DNA of 64,000 nt from Candidatus Omnitrophota bacterium (GTDB lineage: Bacteria; Omnitrophota; Gorgyraeia; Zapsychrales; JANLHA01). Each line of letters starts with the position of its first letter. Position 1 is the first letter of the stretch. The translations under genes were made by a program, and so were the position numbers. The stretch covers positions 6,778-70,777 of the forward strand of contig JBBRHV010000004.1 in assembly GCA_038222225.1 (NCBI GenBank), given 5' to 3'. A model generated the notes under the pieces. That model ran no database searches. It had not been told where the DNA came from and saw only the letters and a program-made list of their open reading frames with translations. Shown here one piece after another: positions 1 through 12,716 of this stretch.

Positions 1-1149
1 CAGCCCATAACGCAAAGGATCCAGATCCGTAATTCCCAAAAGATACGAAACAATGCTTCCGGCCGCCGATCCCCGGCCCGGCCCAACCGGAATATTGCGG
101 CTTTTGGCATAATGAACAAAATCCCAAACGATCAGAAAATAAGCCACAAAACCCATTTGTTTAATGGTCTGAAATTCATGTTCTAAACGGCTCATGACCG
201 CAAGCGGAACAGAAGTGCCATAACGAACCGGCAGCCCCTCCAGGCAAAGTTCCCATAAATGCTGCTCTTGAGTTTTTCCCGGCGGAGGATCAAAACGGGG
301 TAAATGATAGGTGTCAAAATCAAATTTTAAATTGCACTGATCGGCGATTTCAAGCGTGTTGGATAAGGCTTCCGGAACCCAGGAAAAAAGCTGCTGCATT
401 TCCTCGGGTGATTTGAAATAAAATTGATCCGTTGCCATGCGCATACGCTTTTCATCGCTCAAGAACGCTTGGGTCTGAATACACAAAAGCGCATCATGCG
501 CCCGCGACTGGGACTGACCGACATAATGCACATCATTGGTGGCTACCACAGGAATATTCAACTCTTTAGAAATACGGATCAGTCCTTCATTGACAAGCTT
601 TTGCTGAGGGATCCCATGGTCCATGAGCTCAAGATAAAAACTTCCTTTGTCGAAAATATGAAAAAGGTCATCGGCTTCCTGTACCGCCTGTTCATAATTG
701 CCCAAACCCAACTGATAAGCGACCTCTCCTTTTAAACAGGCCGATGTGGCAATGAGACCTTTGGCGTGACTGGCAAGCAGTTCTTTGTCAATACGGGGCT
801 TATAATAGAATCCTTCGAGATATCCGGCAGAGGAAAGCTGAACCAGATTTTTGTAGCCTTCATGATCCTTGCACAACAGGACCAAATGCCCGTTGCCTCC
901 GGGCTTTCCGCTCTTTTCCAAACGGCTGGTCTTGGCAACATACGTTTCAATGCCGATGATCGGTTTAATGCCGGATTTTGAGACGGTCTGATAGAATTCG
1001 ACAGCTCCGAAAATATTACCATGATCGGTCATGGCAAACGCCGGCATATTCATCTCAACGGCCTTTTGCGCTAAATCTTTAATGCGGCAGGCGCCGTCAA
1101 GAAGACTGTATTCCGTATGAACATGAAGGTGTACAAAAGGATTTTTCAT
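1..1149 (-). CDS. dnaE: DNA polymerase III alpha subunit, N-terminal PHP domain (5' part of gene; continues past window edge)
   Basis: Absent from ORF track (no in-window stop). Minus-strand translation from ATG at 1149 gives [54 protein letters not shown]..., the PHP-domain signature of DnaE, open to position 1. The three short track ORFs at 424-1022 lie inside it in other frames. Confidence 0.8.
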   Translation of the reverse strand, partial: MKNPFVHLHVHTEYSLLDGACRIKDLAQKAVEMNMPAFAMTDHGNIFGAVEFYQTVSKSGIKPIIGIETYVAKTSRLEKSGKPGGNGHLVLLCKDHEGYKNLVQLSSAGYLEGFYYKPRIDKELLASHAKGLIATSACLKGEVAYQLGLGNYEQAVQEADDLFHIFDKGSFYLELMDHGIPQQKLVNEGLIRISKELNIPVVATNDVHYVGQSQSRAHDALLCIQTQAFLSDEKRMRMATDQFYFKSPEEMQQLFSWVPEALSNTLEIADQCNLKFDFDTYHLPRFDPPPGKTQEQHLWELCLEGLPVRYGTSVPLAVMSRLEHEFQTIKQMGFVAYFLIVWDFVHYAKSRNIPVGPGRGSAAGSIVSYLLGITDLDPLRYGL

Positions 1150-1241
1150 AATGAAGGGCAAAACGTAATGGATGAAGCGTGAACTTGAAAAGCATTTTCC
1201 GTCTCTTCACTGTTCACGCTTCACTGCTCACTGAACTCTAT

Positions 1242-2999
1242 TTATTCCCACTCAATCGTCGATGGCGGCTTGGAACTGACATCATAAACAACCCGATTAA
1301 CGCCGTTGACCTCATTGATAATACGGTTAGCCATTTTGCCGAGCAACGGATAAGGAAGTTCAACCCAATCCGCGGTCATCCCGTCCTGACTTGTCACGCA
1401 ACGAATCGCAATCACATTTTCATAGGTGCGCTGATCCCCCATCACTCCCACCGTTTTGATCGGCAACAGGACCGCAAAGGATTGCCAGATCTGATCATAT
1501 AAACCGGCTTTTTTGATTTCCTCCAGCACCCGTTCATCCGCCTGCCTTAAAATTTCCAGTCTTTCTTCCGTCACATCCCCTAAAACCCGCACCGCCAATC
1601 CCGGTCCCGGGAACGGCTGACGCTGCAGAATAGCATCCGGAAGCCCCAGATATTTACCGATTTTACGCACCTCATCTTTAAACAATTCGCGCAAAGGCTC
1701 GATCAATTCAAGTTTCATGTTCTTCGGCAATCCTCCGACATTGTGATGGCTTTTAATTGTCGCCGAAGGCCCCCCGAACGGAGAAATCGACTCAATGACA
1801 TCCGGATATAATGTACCCTGCGCTAGAAAATCAACATTCTTCATTTTCAGGGCAGCTTCCTGAAAGACCTTAATAAACTCATCACCGATGATCTTTCGCT
1901 TCTCCTCCGGGTCAACAACATTGACCAACCGCTTTAAAAAACGTTTGCTGGCATCGACCACCGTCAAATTCATTTTTAAAGCGCCCTTAAAGGTCTTTTC
2001 CACATTGACCGCTTCATTATTGCGCAGCAACCCGTTATCCACAAAAATACAATACAATTTGCGTCCCACGGCTTTCTGAATCAAGGCAGCCGCCACAGCA
2101 GAATCGACCCCGCCGCTCAGCCCCAAAACAACTTTTTTATTTCCAACCTGTTCTTTGATCTGCTTGATCGAAACATTAACGAATCGATCCATGGTCCAAC
2201 GGGGAAAACAATTGCAGACCTGAAAAACAAAATTATTCAGAACATCCGCACCGTGCTGAGTATGAACGACCTCCGGATGAAACTGTACGCCAAAAATTCT
2301 TTTGCGGGGATGGCCGATCGCAGCGACCGGAGCGTTCAGCGTATGCGCCAACACATTATAACCCTTCGGAAGCTGTGTGGTCATATCCGAATGGCTCATC
2401 CAGCAGGTGAGGTTGGCCGGCAAATTCAAGAACATGTCCCGGTTACGATCAACAAACAACTCCGAACGCCCGAATTCCCGTTCTTTGCTCTTCTGTACTT
2501 TTCCGCCGAACATATGCACAATGGCCTGCATCCCGTAACAAATCCCCAGAACCGGAAGATTCATTTCAAAAATTTCTTCCTTCGGTAACGGCGCCCCTTC
2601 ATCATAAACACTCAATGGGCCCCCGGAAAGGATCAAGCCTTTTGGATTTTCTTTACGGATCTCTTCAGCCGAAATATTGAACGGAACGATCTTGCAAAAC
2701 ACCTTGCTCTCCCGAATACGCCGGGCGATCAACTGAGTGTACTGTGAACCGAAATCCAAAATGAGAATGACATCTTTATAGCGCTGCTTAGAAACACGGA
2801 TCGATAATTTTGAACGCCCTCCGGGGATCTTCAGCGTTTTGGCTTCACCTTTTCTAAATTTTCTTTTCTTCAAGGTCGGGATTCTCTGAAAGGTCTTCTT
2901 AACCGTTATTTTTTCAACTGTTTTCCCAGCCGCGAATTTTTTTTCTTTTTTTTCCGCGACTTTTTTCACGGTGTTCTTAAGTTTTGGCATGATCATCAC
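1242..2999 (-). CDS. guaA: GMP synthase (glutamine-hydrolysing) with a ~75-aa lysine-rich N-terminal extension
   Basis: GATase class I + ATP-pyrophosphatase + GMP-synthase C motifs ([41 protein letters not shown]-terminal [16 protein letters not shown]). Start ambiguous: GTG at 2999, ATG at 2996 or 2990. Confidence 0.9.
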   Translation of the reverse strand: MMIMPKLKNTVKKVAEKKEKKFAAGKTVEKITVKKTFQRIPTLKKRKFRKGEAKTLKIPGGRSKLSIRVSKQRYKDVILILDFGSQYTQLIARRIRESKVFCKIVPFNISAEEIRKENPKGLILSGGPLSVYDEGAPLPKEEIFEMNLPVLGICYGMQAIVHMFGGKVQKSKEREFGRSELFVDRNRDMFLNLPANLTCWMSHSDMTTQLPKGYNVLAHTLNAPVAAIGHPRKRIFGVQFHPEVVHTQHGADVLNNFVFQVCNCFPRWTMDRFVNVSIKQIKEQVGNKKVVLGLSGGVDSAVAAALIQKAVGRKLYCIFVDNGLLRNNEAVNVEKTFKGALKMNLTVVDASKRFLKRLVNVVDPEEKRKIIGDEFIKVFQEAALKMKNVDFLAQGTLYPDVIESISPFGGPSATIKSHHNVGGLPKNMKLELIEPLRELFKDEVRKIGKYLGLPDAILQRQPFPGPGLAVRVLGDVTEERLEILRQADERVLEEIKKAGLYDQIWQSFAVLLPIKTVGVMGDQRTYENVIAIRCVTSQDGMTADWVELPYPLLGKMANRIINEVNGVNRVVYDVSSKPPSTIEWE

Positions 3000-3043
3000 C
3001 CATCTCTTTTTTTAATTGCCTTAATTTCAATCTACCACAACGC

Positions 3044-4204
3044 CTATTTTCCCATCCCAACACGCTGCCCAACCTGAAATGATTTTCCTTCCGTTTGAAT
3101 AGAAGGTGCAATAATAATCTCCACGTCATGCATCTCTTTGATCGTTTGAGCTCCCAGGGCCCCCATCGACGCCTTTAAAGCACCTACTAAATTTTGCGAC
3201 CCGTCATCGACTGTGGCCGGCCCTACTAAAATCTGTTCCAGTGTCCCTGTTGTTCCAACCCAAATCCGTGTACCCCGCGGCAAATGCGAATGCGGCATAG
3301 CCATACCCCAATGATAACCGCGGCCCGGAGCTTCTTCAGCTCTGGCAAAAGCAGAACCGACCATACAGGCATCGGCTCCGGCTGCGAAAGCCTTGCAGAT
3401 TTCTCCGCCGATCCTCATGCCACCGTCTGTAATGATCGAAACATATTTTCCAGTCTTCTTATAAAAATGATCACGTGCAGCAGCAGCATCCACCGTGGAG
3501 GTGATCTGCGGCACTCCAATCCCCAAAACTCCGCGCGTCGTACAAGCCGCTCCCGGCCCGACCCCGATCAAGACCGAACTGGCACCCAGCTCCATAAGTT
3601 CCATGGTCATTTTATAGGTAACCACGTTCCCGATCGCCACCGGAATCTTGAGCGAACGGCACAGCTCTCCATAATCACAAACCTTATATTCGGTTGAAAT
3701 ATGTTTTGCCGATGAGACCTGCGACTGAACAACCAAACAGGCCGCCCCCGCCTCTTGAGCCAAAGCTCCATAACGTTCTGCATTCTGAGGAACACACCCG
3801 ACAACAGCCGGCACGCCGGATTGCTTTATTTGATTGACCCGCTTCGATACAAGCGTTTCTTTGACAGGCAACTGATATAATTTTTGAAGCAATTCCGTTG
3901 CTTTTTCAGGGGACGAGTCAGCAATTTCACTGAGAACCTCGCTGGGATCATCATAGCGGGTCTGTACCCCATCCAAATTAAGAACGGCGATTCCTCCCAA
4001 TTTTCCCATAGCAATGGCGAAATTTACATCCACAACTCCATCCATGGAAGCAGCCACAATCGGAACATTCAGTTTCATTCCTGCAAATTCCCAAGATATA
4101 TTGATCTCGTTGGGATTTACAGTCTGCATGCCTGGAACAAGCGCCACTTCATCAAATCCGTAGCAGCGGCGTGCACGGCGGTCCATTCCGATCCATTCTG
4201 CCAT
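3044..4204 (-). CDS. IMP dehydrogenase / GMP reductase family protein lacking the CBS pair (GuaB3-like)
   Basis: Catalytic loop GVGPGAACTTRGVLGIGVPQITS. ATG at 4204 (MAEWIG) preceded by AGGAGG at 4213-4218, so I used it instead of the track start at 4255. About 387 aa, with no CBS insertion. Confidence 0.75.
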   Translation of the reverse strand: MAEWIGMDRRARRCYGFDEVALVPGMQTVNPNEINISWEFAGMKLNVPIVAASMDGVVDVNFAIAMGKLGGIAVLNLDGVQTRYDDPSEVLSEIADSSPEKATELLQKLYQLPVKETLVSKRVNQIKQSGVPAVVGCVPQNAERYGALAQEAGAACLVVQSQVSSAKHISTEYKVCDYGELCRSLKIPVAIGNVVTYKMTMELMELGASSVLIGVGPGAACTTRGVLGIGVPQITSTVDAAAARDHFYKKTGKYVSIITDGGMRIGGEICKAFAAGADACMVGSAFARAEEAPGRGYHWGMAMPHSHLPRGTRIWVGTTGTLEQILVGPATVDDGSQNLVGALKASMGALGAQTIKEMHDVEIIIAPSIQTEGKSFQVGQRVGMGK

Positions 4205-4421
4205 GTATGCTGTCCTCCTGTTATAAACCCGTGAAAAATAATAAGATTTATTCAAAAAATGATTGTTTTAGACTAAATTTTGAATTTTTCATGGAAATAT
4301 GCGTATTATATTAAAGACTTAATATATATAATTTAGGGGAAAATGTCAAATAAAATAAAAATCCCCAGAAAATCTATTATTCCCGGAGATTCTAATTTTG
4401 CTGATAAGAACTACCGAACTT

Positions 4422-5291
4422 TTATGTAGCTAAACTTATATCCTGCCGAAGCTTTCGTTTCAGATAATCCTCAAGATGTGTTTTACCTCGTTTGTTTGTT
4501 AAAAGATCATGGGTCGATGTGTACACGATTAATTCCCCCATCCCGTAATATTGCGCCGAAAATGGCTTAAGAACAGCGAGCGCCAAGCGGCAGGCCCACA
4601 TCGGAAATCCTGAAATCTGAACCGGTTTATTGTGAACCTTTAAACAAATCTGGCTGATCTCATTCCAGCTCAAATCCTGGGGACCACCAACATCAACATA
4701 CACATTGGACAATTTGAGACTATCTTCTGCCATGATTTCAGCCAAATCCTCTTCGCAGATCGGTGTGAAACGCGCCTTTCCATCACCAAACACCCACATC
4801 CTTCCTTTGGCTGCCATGGCGCCATAATTGGCAAGATCGCTAAAAAATCCGCCGGCCCGGAAGATGACCCATTCCAGTCCACTTTTGACGAGCTCCTGTT
4901 CAAATGAATATTTCGCTTCATAAAGCGGCACTGTTTTATATCCCTGATCCGTTCCGGCCGGAGAAATAAAAACAAATTTCTTAACACCGCTCTTCTTGGC
5001 TTCATTCAATAAATTGATATTCCCCTGATAATCCACTCCCATATGCGTGAGCTTACCCTTCATCCGGGTAATGCCAATAACCGAAACCACCACATCCACA
5101 CCATCACAGCTGCCGGCCAAACTTTCAGGCTTTGAGACATCAGCCGAGAGAGCCGCCGAAAGCTGATCCCGAATCGCGTCCATTTCCTCTTTCCGGAAAG
5201 AAATGCCGCTAACATTAGCCCCTCGCTTTTTAAAAGACGACACTAATAAACGTCCCAAATTCCCACCGGCACCGGCGATCAACACATTCAT
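4422..5291 (-). CDS. NAD(P)-binding Rossmann-fold oxidoreductase (NmrA/SDR-like)
   Basis: N-terminal MNVLIAGAGGNLG dinucleotide-binding motif. ATG at 5291 with AAGGAG 7 nt upstream; the track's upstream extension is the SD region itself. Confidence 0.6.
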   Translation of the reverse strand: MNVLIAGAGGNLGRLLVSSFKKRGANVSGISFRKEEMDAIRDQLSAALSADVSKPESLAGSCDGVDVVVSVIGITRMKGKLTHMGVDYQGNINLLNEAKKSGVKKFVFISPAGTDQGYKTVPLYEAKYSFEQELVKSGLEWVIFRAGGFFSDLANYGAMAAKGRMWVFGDGKARFTPICEEDLAEIMAEDSLKLSNVYVDVGGPQDLSWNEISQICLKVHNKPVQISGFPMWACRLALAVLKPFSAQYYGMGELIVYTSTHDLLTNKRGKTHLEDYLKRKLRQDISLAT

Positions 5292-5352
5292 TTTCAATCT
5301 CCTTTTTTCCACCTATGATGGTCATCCAACCCGCCGACCTTCAAGGCACGGC

Positions 5353-5976
5353 CTATTTGTCATACTCAATGACCCACTCAGTCGATGGCAAATTGACCTG
5401 AACTGTTTGGTGATCTTCTGATAGTGTCCCCCGCTCTTCGGCGACTTTGCCCAAACATGTAATACGGTACGCTTTAGCTTCATCAAGGCCGGTGTTTTTA
5501 AAAAAATCCTTGGTGTAAAGAAACATCGAAAGGATCCCCTCCAACTCGTCTCCATTCATCACCGGATACCGCAAGGAAATCAGCCGCGGCTGAATCAAAC
5601 TCCCGTGTGCCGGCTCACTGAGTTGCGGGCCGGGAGACTCTTTCATTTTTTCGATAAAGACGGTAAGCTCTTTGACTTTCTTCAAGTCATACCCACGAGC
5701 TATAGAATGAGATGGACGGTAGGTCTGACGAATCACCCAATTGAAATCCAGAAAACTCCCATCATAAAATCCCGGGATCTCTTGCGCCACAGGCCGCATC
5801 AGCTCCCGATACGTCTTAACATTCGGATGCTGATCTGCTACAATTTTCATTTTCGCGAACATTTCGGAAAAATACTGCTGCGTCTTTTCTCCCACCTCGT
5901 CGGCAGCAGAAACCGGAAGCGCCCCAAATACAACAAGAGACACGGCCAAACAAATCCCAATAATAATTCTTCTCAT
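5353..5976 (-). CDS. secreted hypothetical protein (signal peptide)
   Basis: MRRIIIGICLAVSLVVFGALPVSAADE signal peptide; AAGGAGG before the ATG at 5976. I do not recognise a family. Confidence 0.4.
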   Translation of the reverse strand: MRRIIIGICLAVSLVVFGALPVSAADEVGEKTQQYFSEMFAKMKIVADQHPNVKTYRELMRPVAQEIPGFYDGSFLDFNWVIRQTYRPSHSIARGYDLKKVKELTVFIEKMKESPGPQLSEPAHGSLIQPRLISLRYPVMNGDELEGILSMFLYTKDFFKNTGLDEAKAYRITCLGKVAEERGTLSEDHQTVQVNLPSTEWVIEYDK

Positions 5977-5994
5977 CTATTCCTCCTTGAACAT

Positions 5995-6663
5995 TTATTT
6001 CACAAGTTCATACACCCCGACATACCCCAAATGATGGGCGGTCTTCTCCCATCTCGAAAAAGGCGACTCTGCAATCGCTTGTTGAAGGCGCCCTTCAATA
6101 TTTTCTCGAATTTCATTCTGCTGAAACAGCCAATATCCGGACCATGCGCAGAAGGCTCCAAAGATATTAGTCGGTTGATCAACATCCACAATTACAAACT
6201 TTCCTTCAGGCTTAAGTGTGCGATAGACTTCAGCCAGCGTCTTGGTCTTTAATTCATAATCAATGTGGTGAAAAAAGAAGGTGGAAAGAACTGCGTCAAA
6301 CGAATTATCGGAATAGGGCAAGGCTTCGGCCGCTGCATGGTCAAACTGAATATTGGAAAGCCCACGGGCCTTTTGACGGGCAACATCCAGCATTTTTGAA
6401 GCGGCATCCAGCCCGTTCACAAAACTATTGGGATCATTGGAAAGTCGACGGGCAATGCGAATAGAAAGAGTCCCGGTTCCGCACCCCACATCCAGAACAT
6501 GCGCAGAAACCGGTAAGGCCATTTGGTCAATAATGCGGTTTGAAATACGGTCTTCCAGTCCAAAGGTCATCAGCGGAGCTAGAAAATCATAGACAGCAGC
6601 CGCGTGATCAAGGGTGCGTCCACGGGTTATGCTTCCTTCTGAAGAATGAACGGAATGAGCCAT
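5995..6663 (-). CDS. class I SAM-dependent methyltransferase (UbiE/COQ5-like)
   Basis: VLDVGCGTG motif I; acidic motif II FDAVLSTFFFHH; ATG at 6663. Confidence 0.7.
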   Translation of the reverse strand: MAHSVHSSEGSITRGRTLDHAAAVYDFLAPLMTFGLEDRISNRIIDQMALPVSAHVLDVGCGTGTLSIRIARRLSNDPNSFVNGLDAASKMLDVARQKARGLSNIQFDHAAAEALPYSDNSFDAVLSTFFFHHIDYELKTKTLAEVYRTLKPEGKFVIVDVDQPTNIFGAFCAWSGYWLFQQNEIRENIEGRLQQAIAESPFSRWEKTAHHLGYVGVYELVK

Positions 6664-7691
6664 TTATGAGGATCTCCCAATCCCAAAACAAAAAACATGG
6701 ATTCTGCGATATCTTCTCGCTCTTTTTCTGAAAGCGCCATTCCGCACTCCGCAAGCTGAGCTAATCCCCTCATCAGGAACACCTTTCCCAACCGGGCAGC
6801 CGGAACACAGAACTGGTCAAAAATTTCAAGGCACTCCTTAAATGAGTCAGGTTCGCCGGTTAAACCTTTCAAACGACTAGTATCGCTTTTCCGGCCTTGA
6901 TAGACCATTTGCGAAAGCACATAATTCTGCCGGCCTTCTTTAAGGTCAACGGACATGTCCCGGATATCATCCAAGACCTGACATCCTAGGCCAAAATTCA
7001 TCAAAGCAGCTTCCATCTTCTTGATCAGTGGCCAATCCAATCCTTCTTCAATACAATTAGGGCCCAAAAACGGTAGATTAAATAAAATGCCGGTCTTAAG
7101 AACATGCACCTTTTGAAGGATATCCTCCGGCGAATAACGTTTCTCGATTCCGCCTTCTTCCGAAGACTCTTCAGCCGCGCTCGGCAAAAGGACCTGCAGC
7201 GACTGACGGGACAGGATATCAACCTTCTCAAAAGACAACGTCTTTGAACGGATCGCCTCATCCAAAATCGCCTGCAGCACCCGATCCGCGGCCATAATCG
7301 CGATCACCTGTTTCATGATATGCCCCCGGCCCGTCATGCAGATCGGCAGGGTCAGTTTATCCTCATTGTCCAGAAGATTATCCGCACTGGTAACCCAGAT
7401 CCTGAACAGGTAGTTCAGCTTTCCGTAAAGGATCCTTTTCTCACGCGATAAGCCCAAAACAGAATACACGGATTGGAACAGGACAGAAAACAAATGACGC
7501 CGGACTGATTTGAATTCTTCGGGGAATTCGCCGATGGTCACCGAGAACTCCTGAGGGGTCTCTTCCGGAGAAATCGTAATTTCTCTGGCTTTATCCGTTA
7601 CAAATTCAAAGCACTTCCGACACTCCGCAAAGGCCTGACGAAATATAATCGGTCGCAACCAAACATCTTCGATATGTTTTTTAAAATCCAT
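6627..7691 (-). CDS. isoprenoid synthase-fold protein, squalene/phytoene-synthase-like (tentative)
   Basis: Two Asp-rich segments, SADNLLDNED and QVLDDIRDMSVDLKEGRQNY. The second resembles the DxxxD...GRxY segment of head-to-head trans-isoprenyl diphosphate synthases. Overlaps the downstream methyltransferase by 37 nt. Confidence 0.4.
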   Translation of the reverse strand: MDFKKHIEDVWLRPIIFRQAFAECRKCFEFVTDKAREITISPEETPQEFSVTIGEFPEEFKSVRRHLFSVLFQSVYSVLGLSREKRILYGKLNYLFRIWVTSADNLLDNEDKLTLPICMTGRGHIMKQVIAIMAADRVLQAILDEAIRSKTLSFEKVDILSRQSLQVLLPSAAEESSEEGGIEKRYSPEDILQKVHVLKTGILFNLPFLGPNCIEEGLDWPLIKKMEAALMNFGLGCQVLDDIRDMSVDLKEGRQNYVLSQMVYQGRKSDTSRLKGLTGEPDSFKECLEIFDQFCVPAARLGKVFLMRGLAQLAECGMALSEKEREDIAESMFFVLGLGDPHKWLIPFILQKEA

Positions 7692-7750
7692 CAGTATTCT
7701 TTTGTTTCCAAATAAATAATTGTTTATTATATCATATTAAAAATTTAGTG

Positions 7751-7788
7751 GAAAAAAGGCGGCAGAACATTTGCTCTGCCGCCTTTTT
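7751..7788 (-). terminator. rho-independent terminator after groEL (bidirectional in form)
   Basis: GGCGGCAGA(7758-7766)-loop-TCTGCCGCC(7775-7783), with an A6 run on the upstream side and a T5 run on the downstream side. On the minus strand the hairpin is followed by a U-run. Confidence 0.65.
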
Positions 7789-7813
7789 GATAAAACCCAA
7801 ACTCTTTCCAAAA

Positions 7814-9472
<1,659 letters not shown>

Positions 9473-9500
9473 TCATGTTCACATAAATGTTCGCTTCTTC

Positions 9501-9797
9501 TTACTTGCTCTGAACAACTGCCAAAACATCATCTTCCTTCATAATGAGGACATCTTCACCTTCTTTGGTGGTAATCTCTGTCCCGCTGTACTTCCCGTAC
9601 AACACATGATCGCCAGCCTTCAATGTTAATGGCTGAATTGTTCCGTTTTCTAAACGACGACCATCCCCAACTGCAAGGACTTTACCTTCTTGCGGCTTTT
9701 CTTTGACCGTATCCGGCAGAACGATTCCGCCTTTGGTAATCTCTTCGGCATCCAACGGCTTTACGATGACTCGGTCTGCTAATGGTTTAATGTTCAC
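9501..9797 (-). CDS. groES: co-chaperonin GroES (10 kDa)
   Basis: GTG at 9797 ([14 protein letters not shown]...) preceded by AGGAGGT. The track's ATG extension MFKLGGTS would cover the SD region, so I discarded it. Confidence 0.93.
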   Translation of the reverse strand: MNIKPLADRVIVKPLDAEEITKGGIVLPDTVKEKPQEGKVLAVGDGRRLENGTIQPLTLKAGDHVLYGKYSGTEITTKEGEDVLIMKEDDVLAVVQSK

Positions 9798-9850
9798 GCT
9801 CGTACCTCCTAGTTTAAACAATGTTTAACACGTACATCAAGCTCTTATTG

Positions 9851-9877
9851 TTAGCACTTGCCCTCTAAGAGTGCTAA
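9851..9877 (-). promoter_or_regulatory. CIRCE operator (HrcA binding site) of the groES-groEL operon
   Basis: TTAGCACTT-N9-GAGTGCTAA, a near-perfect match to the CIRCE consensus TTAGCACTC-N9-GAGTGCTAA. Confidence 0.85.
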
Positions 9878-9904
9878 TTTTACAATTTTTCTCGCGTTTG
9901 TCAA
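9877..9904 (-). promoter_or_regulatory. sigma-70-type promoter of groESL
   Basis: Minus-strand TTGACA (9899-9904), 16-nt spacer, TAAAAT (9877-9882), directly abutting the CIRCE element. Confidence 0.5.
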
Positions 9905-9940
9905 GAGGAAAAATTTTCTGAAATGTGTCTGCTAAAAATC

Positions 9941-10693
9941 TTAGCTGGCCGAATAGGAGAGCGAAATCCCTTTAAACACCAAATCTTTATCGATAATGCA
10001 CGTATACTTCGGAATATACTGTTTCATCAAATCCGCATATCCTCCGGTCACAACAACAACGGGAGTTGTGTGAATTTGTTTTGAAAGCAAGTCCACAATA
10101 CCTTTGATCATCTCCCCATACCCATAAAAAATTCCGCTCAGAATACTCTCTTCCGTGCTTTTACCAATGATCCTTTTCGGTTTAGCGACCTTGACTTTAG
10201 GAAGAAGCGCTGTCTGACGGAATAACGTTTCAACGGAAAGACGGATCCCGGGAGCAATGATCCCGCCCAAATATTCTCCCTTAACGGAGACAACATCAAA
10301 TGTGATCGCTGTCCCTAAATCCACCACCACGGCGGGAACCCCGTACAATGTCCGCGCAGCATAGGCGCACACCAATCGATCCTGACCGACCTGAGCGGGA
10401 TCATCATATTTATTTGGCATCGGAACACAGACATCCCGCCCGATCACCTTCAGAGGAAAATGAAGAGACCGTCCGGCCTGTTTGACAACGCTGAGCGCAT
10501 GAGGAACCACGCTGCAAATGATGCCTTCATCGACGGAATATTTCATTACCGCTTTCTTTATGACCTGCTTTATTTTTTTACAGAGAACCTCATCCCCTTT
10601 TCTGTTCTCCAGGACATCCAGAACTTCGATGACCGAACCATCAATAACCGCACAGCGGATGGTGGTGTTTCCAATATCAATGGCCAGTTGCAT
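9941..10693 (-). CDS. coaX: type III pantothenate kinase
   Basis: [16 protein letters not shown]..., ASKHA-fold motifs DLGTAITFD and VVVTGGYA. Confidence 0.85.
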   Translation of the reverse strand: MQLAIDIGNTTIRCAVIDGSVIEVLDVLENRKGDEVLCKKIKQVIKKAVMKYSVDEGIICSVVPHALSVVKQAGRSLHFPLKVIGRDVCVPMPNKYDDPAQVGQDRLVCAYAARTLYGVPAVVVDLGTAITFDVVSVKGEYLGGIIAPGIRLSVETLFRQTALLPKVKVAKPKRIIGKSTEESILSGIFYGYGEMIKGIVDLLSKQIHTTPVVVVTGGYADLMKQYIPKYTCIIDKDLVFKGISLSYSAS

Positions 10694-12668
10694 CCAAAAC
10701 CCCCTTCAATTCTTTGATACGATCCCGCAAGACCGCCGCCTTTTCAAAGTCCAGATTGCGTGCGGCTAGTTCCATTTCACGCTCGAGTGAAGCAATATGT
10801 TTCAAAAATTCATAACCCTCTTCATCCTGCCCAACCACATTCCGTAAAAATTTTTCCGTCGATTCTTCATCTTGAAATTCTTCAATGCCCTGATGAATGG
10901 CCTTTTCAATCGTGCGCGGAGTGATCCCGTGCTTTTTGTTGAACTCCAGCTGAATATGTCGCCGGCGTTCACACTCATACATCGCCTCCCGCATGGCCGG
11001 ACTCACAGAATCCGCATACATGATCACGACTCCGTTGACGTTACGGGCGGCCCGCCCTCCGACCTGGATCAATGATGTCTTTGATCTCAAAAACCCCTGC
11101 TTATCCGCATCAAAAATAGCGACCAAAGTGACTTCCGGAAGGTCCAACCCTTCACGCAGCAGATTCACCCCGACAAGGACATCAAACAGTTTTAAACGCA
11201 AACCCTGCAGGATCTTTGTGCGGTCAATGGTCTTAATATCTGAATGAAGATATTTGACCCGCAGTCCCTTATCCTCCAAAAATTGCGTCAGGTCTTCAGA
11301 CATGCGCTTTGTTAACGTCGTCACCAGCACCCGCTCATTACGCGCGGCACGCTCCCGGCACTCGTTGATCAGATCATCCACCTGCCCTTTGGTCGGCCGG
11401 ACTTCAATCGGCGGATCCACAATCCCCGTCGGACGAATGATCTGTTCTGAGATATGCTCACCACTCTTTCGCAATTCATACTCCCCGGGGGTCGCTGAAA
11501 CAAAAACACATTGTTTCATCATCTGCTCAAATTCAGGAAACCTCAACGGTCGGTTGTCCAAACAGGATGGCAAACGAAACCCATGTTCAACCAGCGTCTC
11601 TTTTCTCGAACGGTCCCCCTCATACATGCCCCGGATCTGCGGAACAGTGACGTGCGCCTCATCAATCAGCACCAAAAAATCCTGCGGAAAATAATCTAAC
11701 AAACAGAACGGCTTTGCTCCCGGAGGGCGGCCGGACAATGAACGGGAATAATTCTCGATCCCATGGCAGTAGCCCATTTCTTTGAGCATCTCGACATCAA
11801 AGCACGTGCGCGATTTCAGCCGCTGGGCCTCCAAAAGCTTTCCCTGCGCATTCAATTCTTTCAGGCGCACCTGCAGCTCAGCCTCGATCTCAACTAGGGC
11901 CTGCTCAATGCGCGGCTCCGTGGTTATAAAATGCTTGGCCGGATAGACGGCCGTCTTCTCAAAGGTGGCGATCACATCACCGGAAACCGGATCGATTTGA
12001 CTTAAGGCGTCAATTTCATCCCCAAAAAATTCAATACGCAACGCATCCCGACGATACGACGGAAACACCTCAACCACATCCCCGCGCACGCGGATCTTTC
12101 CGCGGGTGAACTCATAGTCATTGCGTTCATACTGGATGCTGATCAATGAACGGATCAGCTGATCCCGGTCCAAGGTTTGACCCCGTTGCATGATGACCAA
12201 ACATGATTCATAGTCTTCCGGCGAACCCAAATTATAAATACATGAAACGCTCGCCACGATCAAAACATCACGCCGGGACATCAACGAGGTGGTGGCGGCC
12301 AGCCGAAGGCGGTCCAGCCGGTCATTGATCGAAGCATCCTTTTCAATATACATATCGGCCTGAGGAATATAGGCCTCCGGCTGATAATAGTCATAATAGG
12401 AAACAAAATACTCGACGGCATTATGCGGAAAAAAATGTTTAAACTCTCCGTACAGCTGCGCTGCCAGCGTCTTATTGTGGGATATGATCAAGGTCGGGCG
12501 GTTCACGCGAGCGATCAAATTCGCCAGGGTAAACGTCTTTCCGCTTCCGGTCACGCCTAAAAGCGTTTGGGCAGAGACGCCGGACTGAATCCCTTCAGCC
12601 AATTCATCGATGGATCTGGACTGATCAATGACTGGCTGAAATGGGCTGATAAGCTCAAAACGATCCAT
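10677..12668 (-). CDS. uvrB: excinuclease ABC subunit B
   Basis: Walker [11 protein letters not shown]; C-terminal UvrB/UvrC interaction helix. First ATG at 12668 ([10 protein letters not shown]); the track starts at a TTG at 12674. Confidence 0.95.
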   Translation of the reverse strand: MDRFELISPFQPVIDQSRSIDELAEGIQSGVSAQTLLGVTGSGKTFTLANLIARVNRPTLIISHNKTLAAQLYGEFKHFFPHNAVEYFVSYYDYYQPEAYIPQADMYIEKDASINDRLDRLRLAATTSLMSRRDVLIVASVSCIYNLGSPEDYESCLVIMQRGQTLDRDQLIRSLISIQYERNDYEFTRGKIRVRGDVVEVFPSYRRDALRIEFFGDEIDALSQIDPVSGDVIATFEKTAVYPAKHFITTEPRIEQALVEIEAELQVRLKELNAQGKLLEAQRLKSRTCFDVEMLKEMGYCHGIENYSRSLSGRPPGAKPFCLLDYFPQDFLVLIDEAHVTVPQIRGMYEGDRSRKETLVEHGFRLPSCLDNRPLRFPEFEQMMKQCVFVSATPGEYELRKSGEHISEQIIRPTGIVDPPIEVRPTKGQVDDLINECRERAARNERVLVTTLTKRMSEDLTQFLEDKGLRVKYLHSDIKTIDRTKILQGLRLKLFDVLVGVNLLREGLDLPEVTLVAIFDADKQGFLRSKTSLIQVGGRAARNVNGVVIMYADSVSPAMREAMYECERRRHIQLEFNKKHGITPRTIEKAIHQGIEEFQDEESTEKFLRNVVGQDEEGYEFLKHIASLEREMELAARNLDFEKAAVLRDRIKELKGVLDATGH

Positions 12669-12716
12669 AAACAAAATCCCAACGTTTGCTTAATCCGTAA
12701 TCAAGCGTAAACCACT

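Noticed and set aside
424-1022. Three short track ORFs (424-735 +, 732-1022 -, 766-981 +)
   Set aside because: They sit inside the dnaE reading frame, which is open from 1149 to 1 on the minus strand, in other frames or on the opposite strand. Their products have no recognisable features.
4205-4421. 217-nt AT-rich leader upstream of the IMPDH-family gene, considered as a purine-type riboswitch
   Set aside because: I could not find the conserved purine, ZTP or preQ1 riboswitch core sequences. A TTGACA-N17-TATATT promoter is present. The remainder looks like an unstructured AT-rich 5' UTR.
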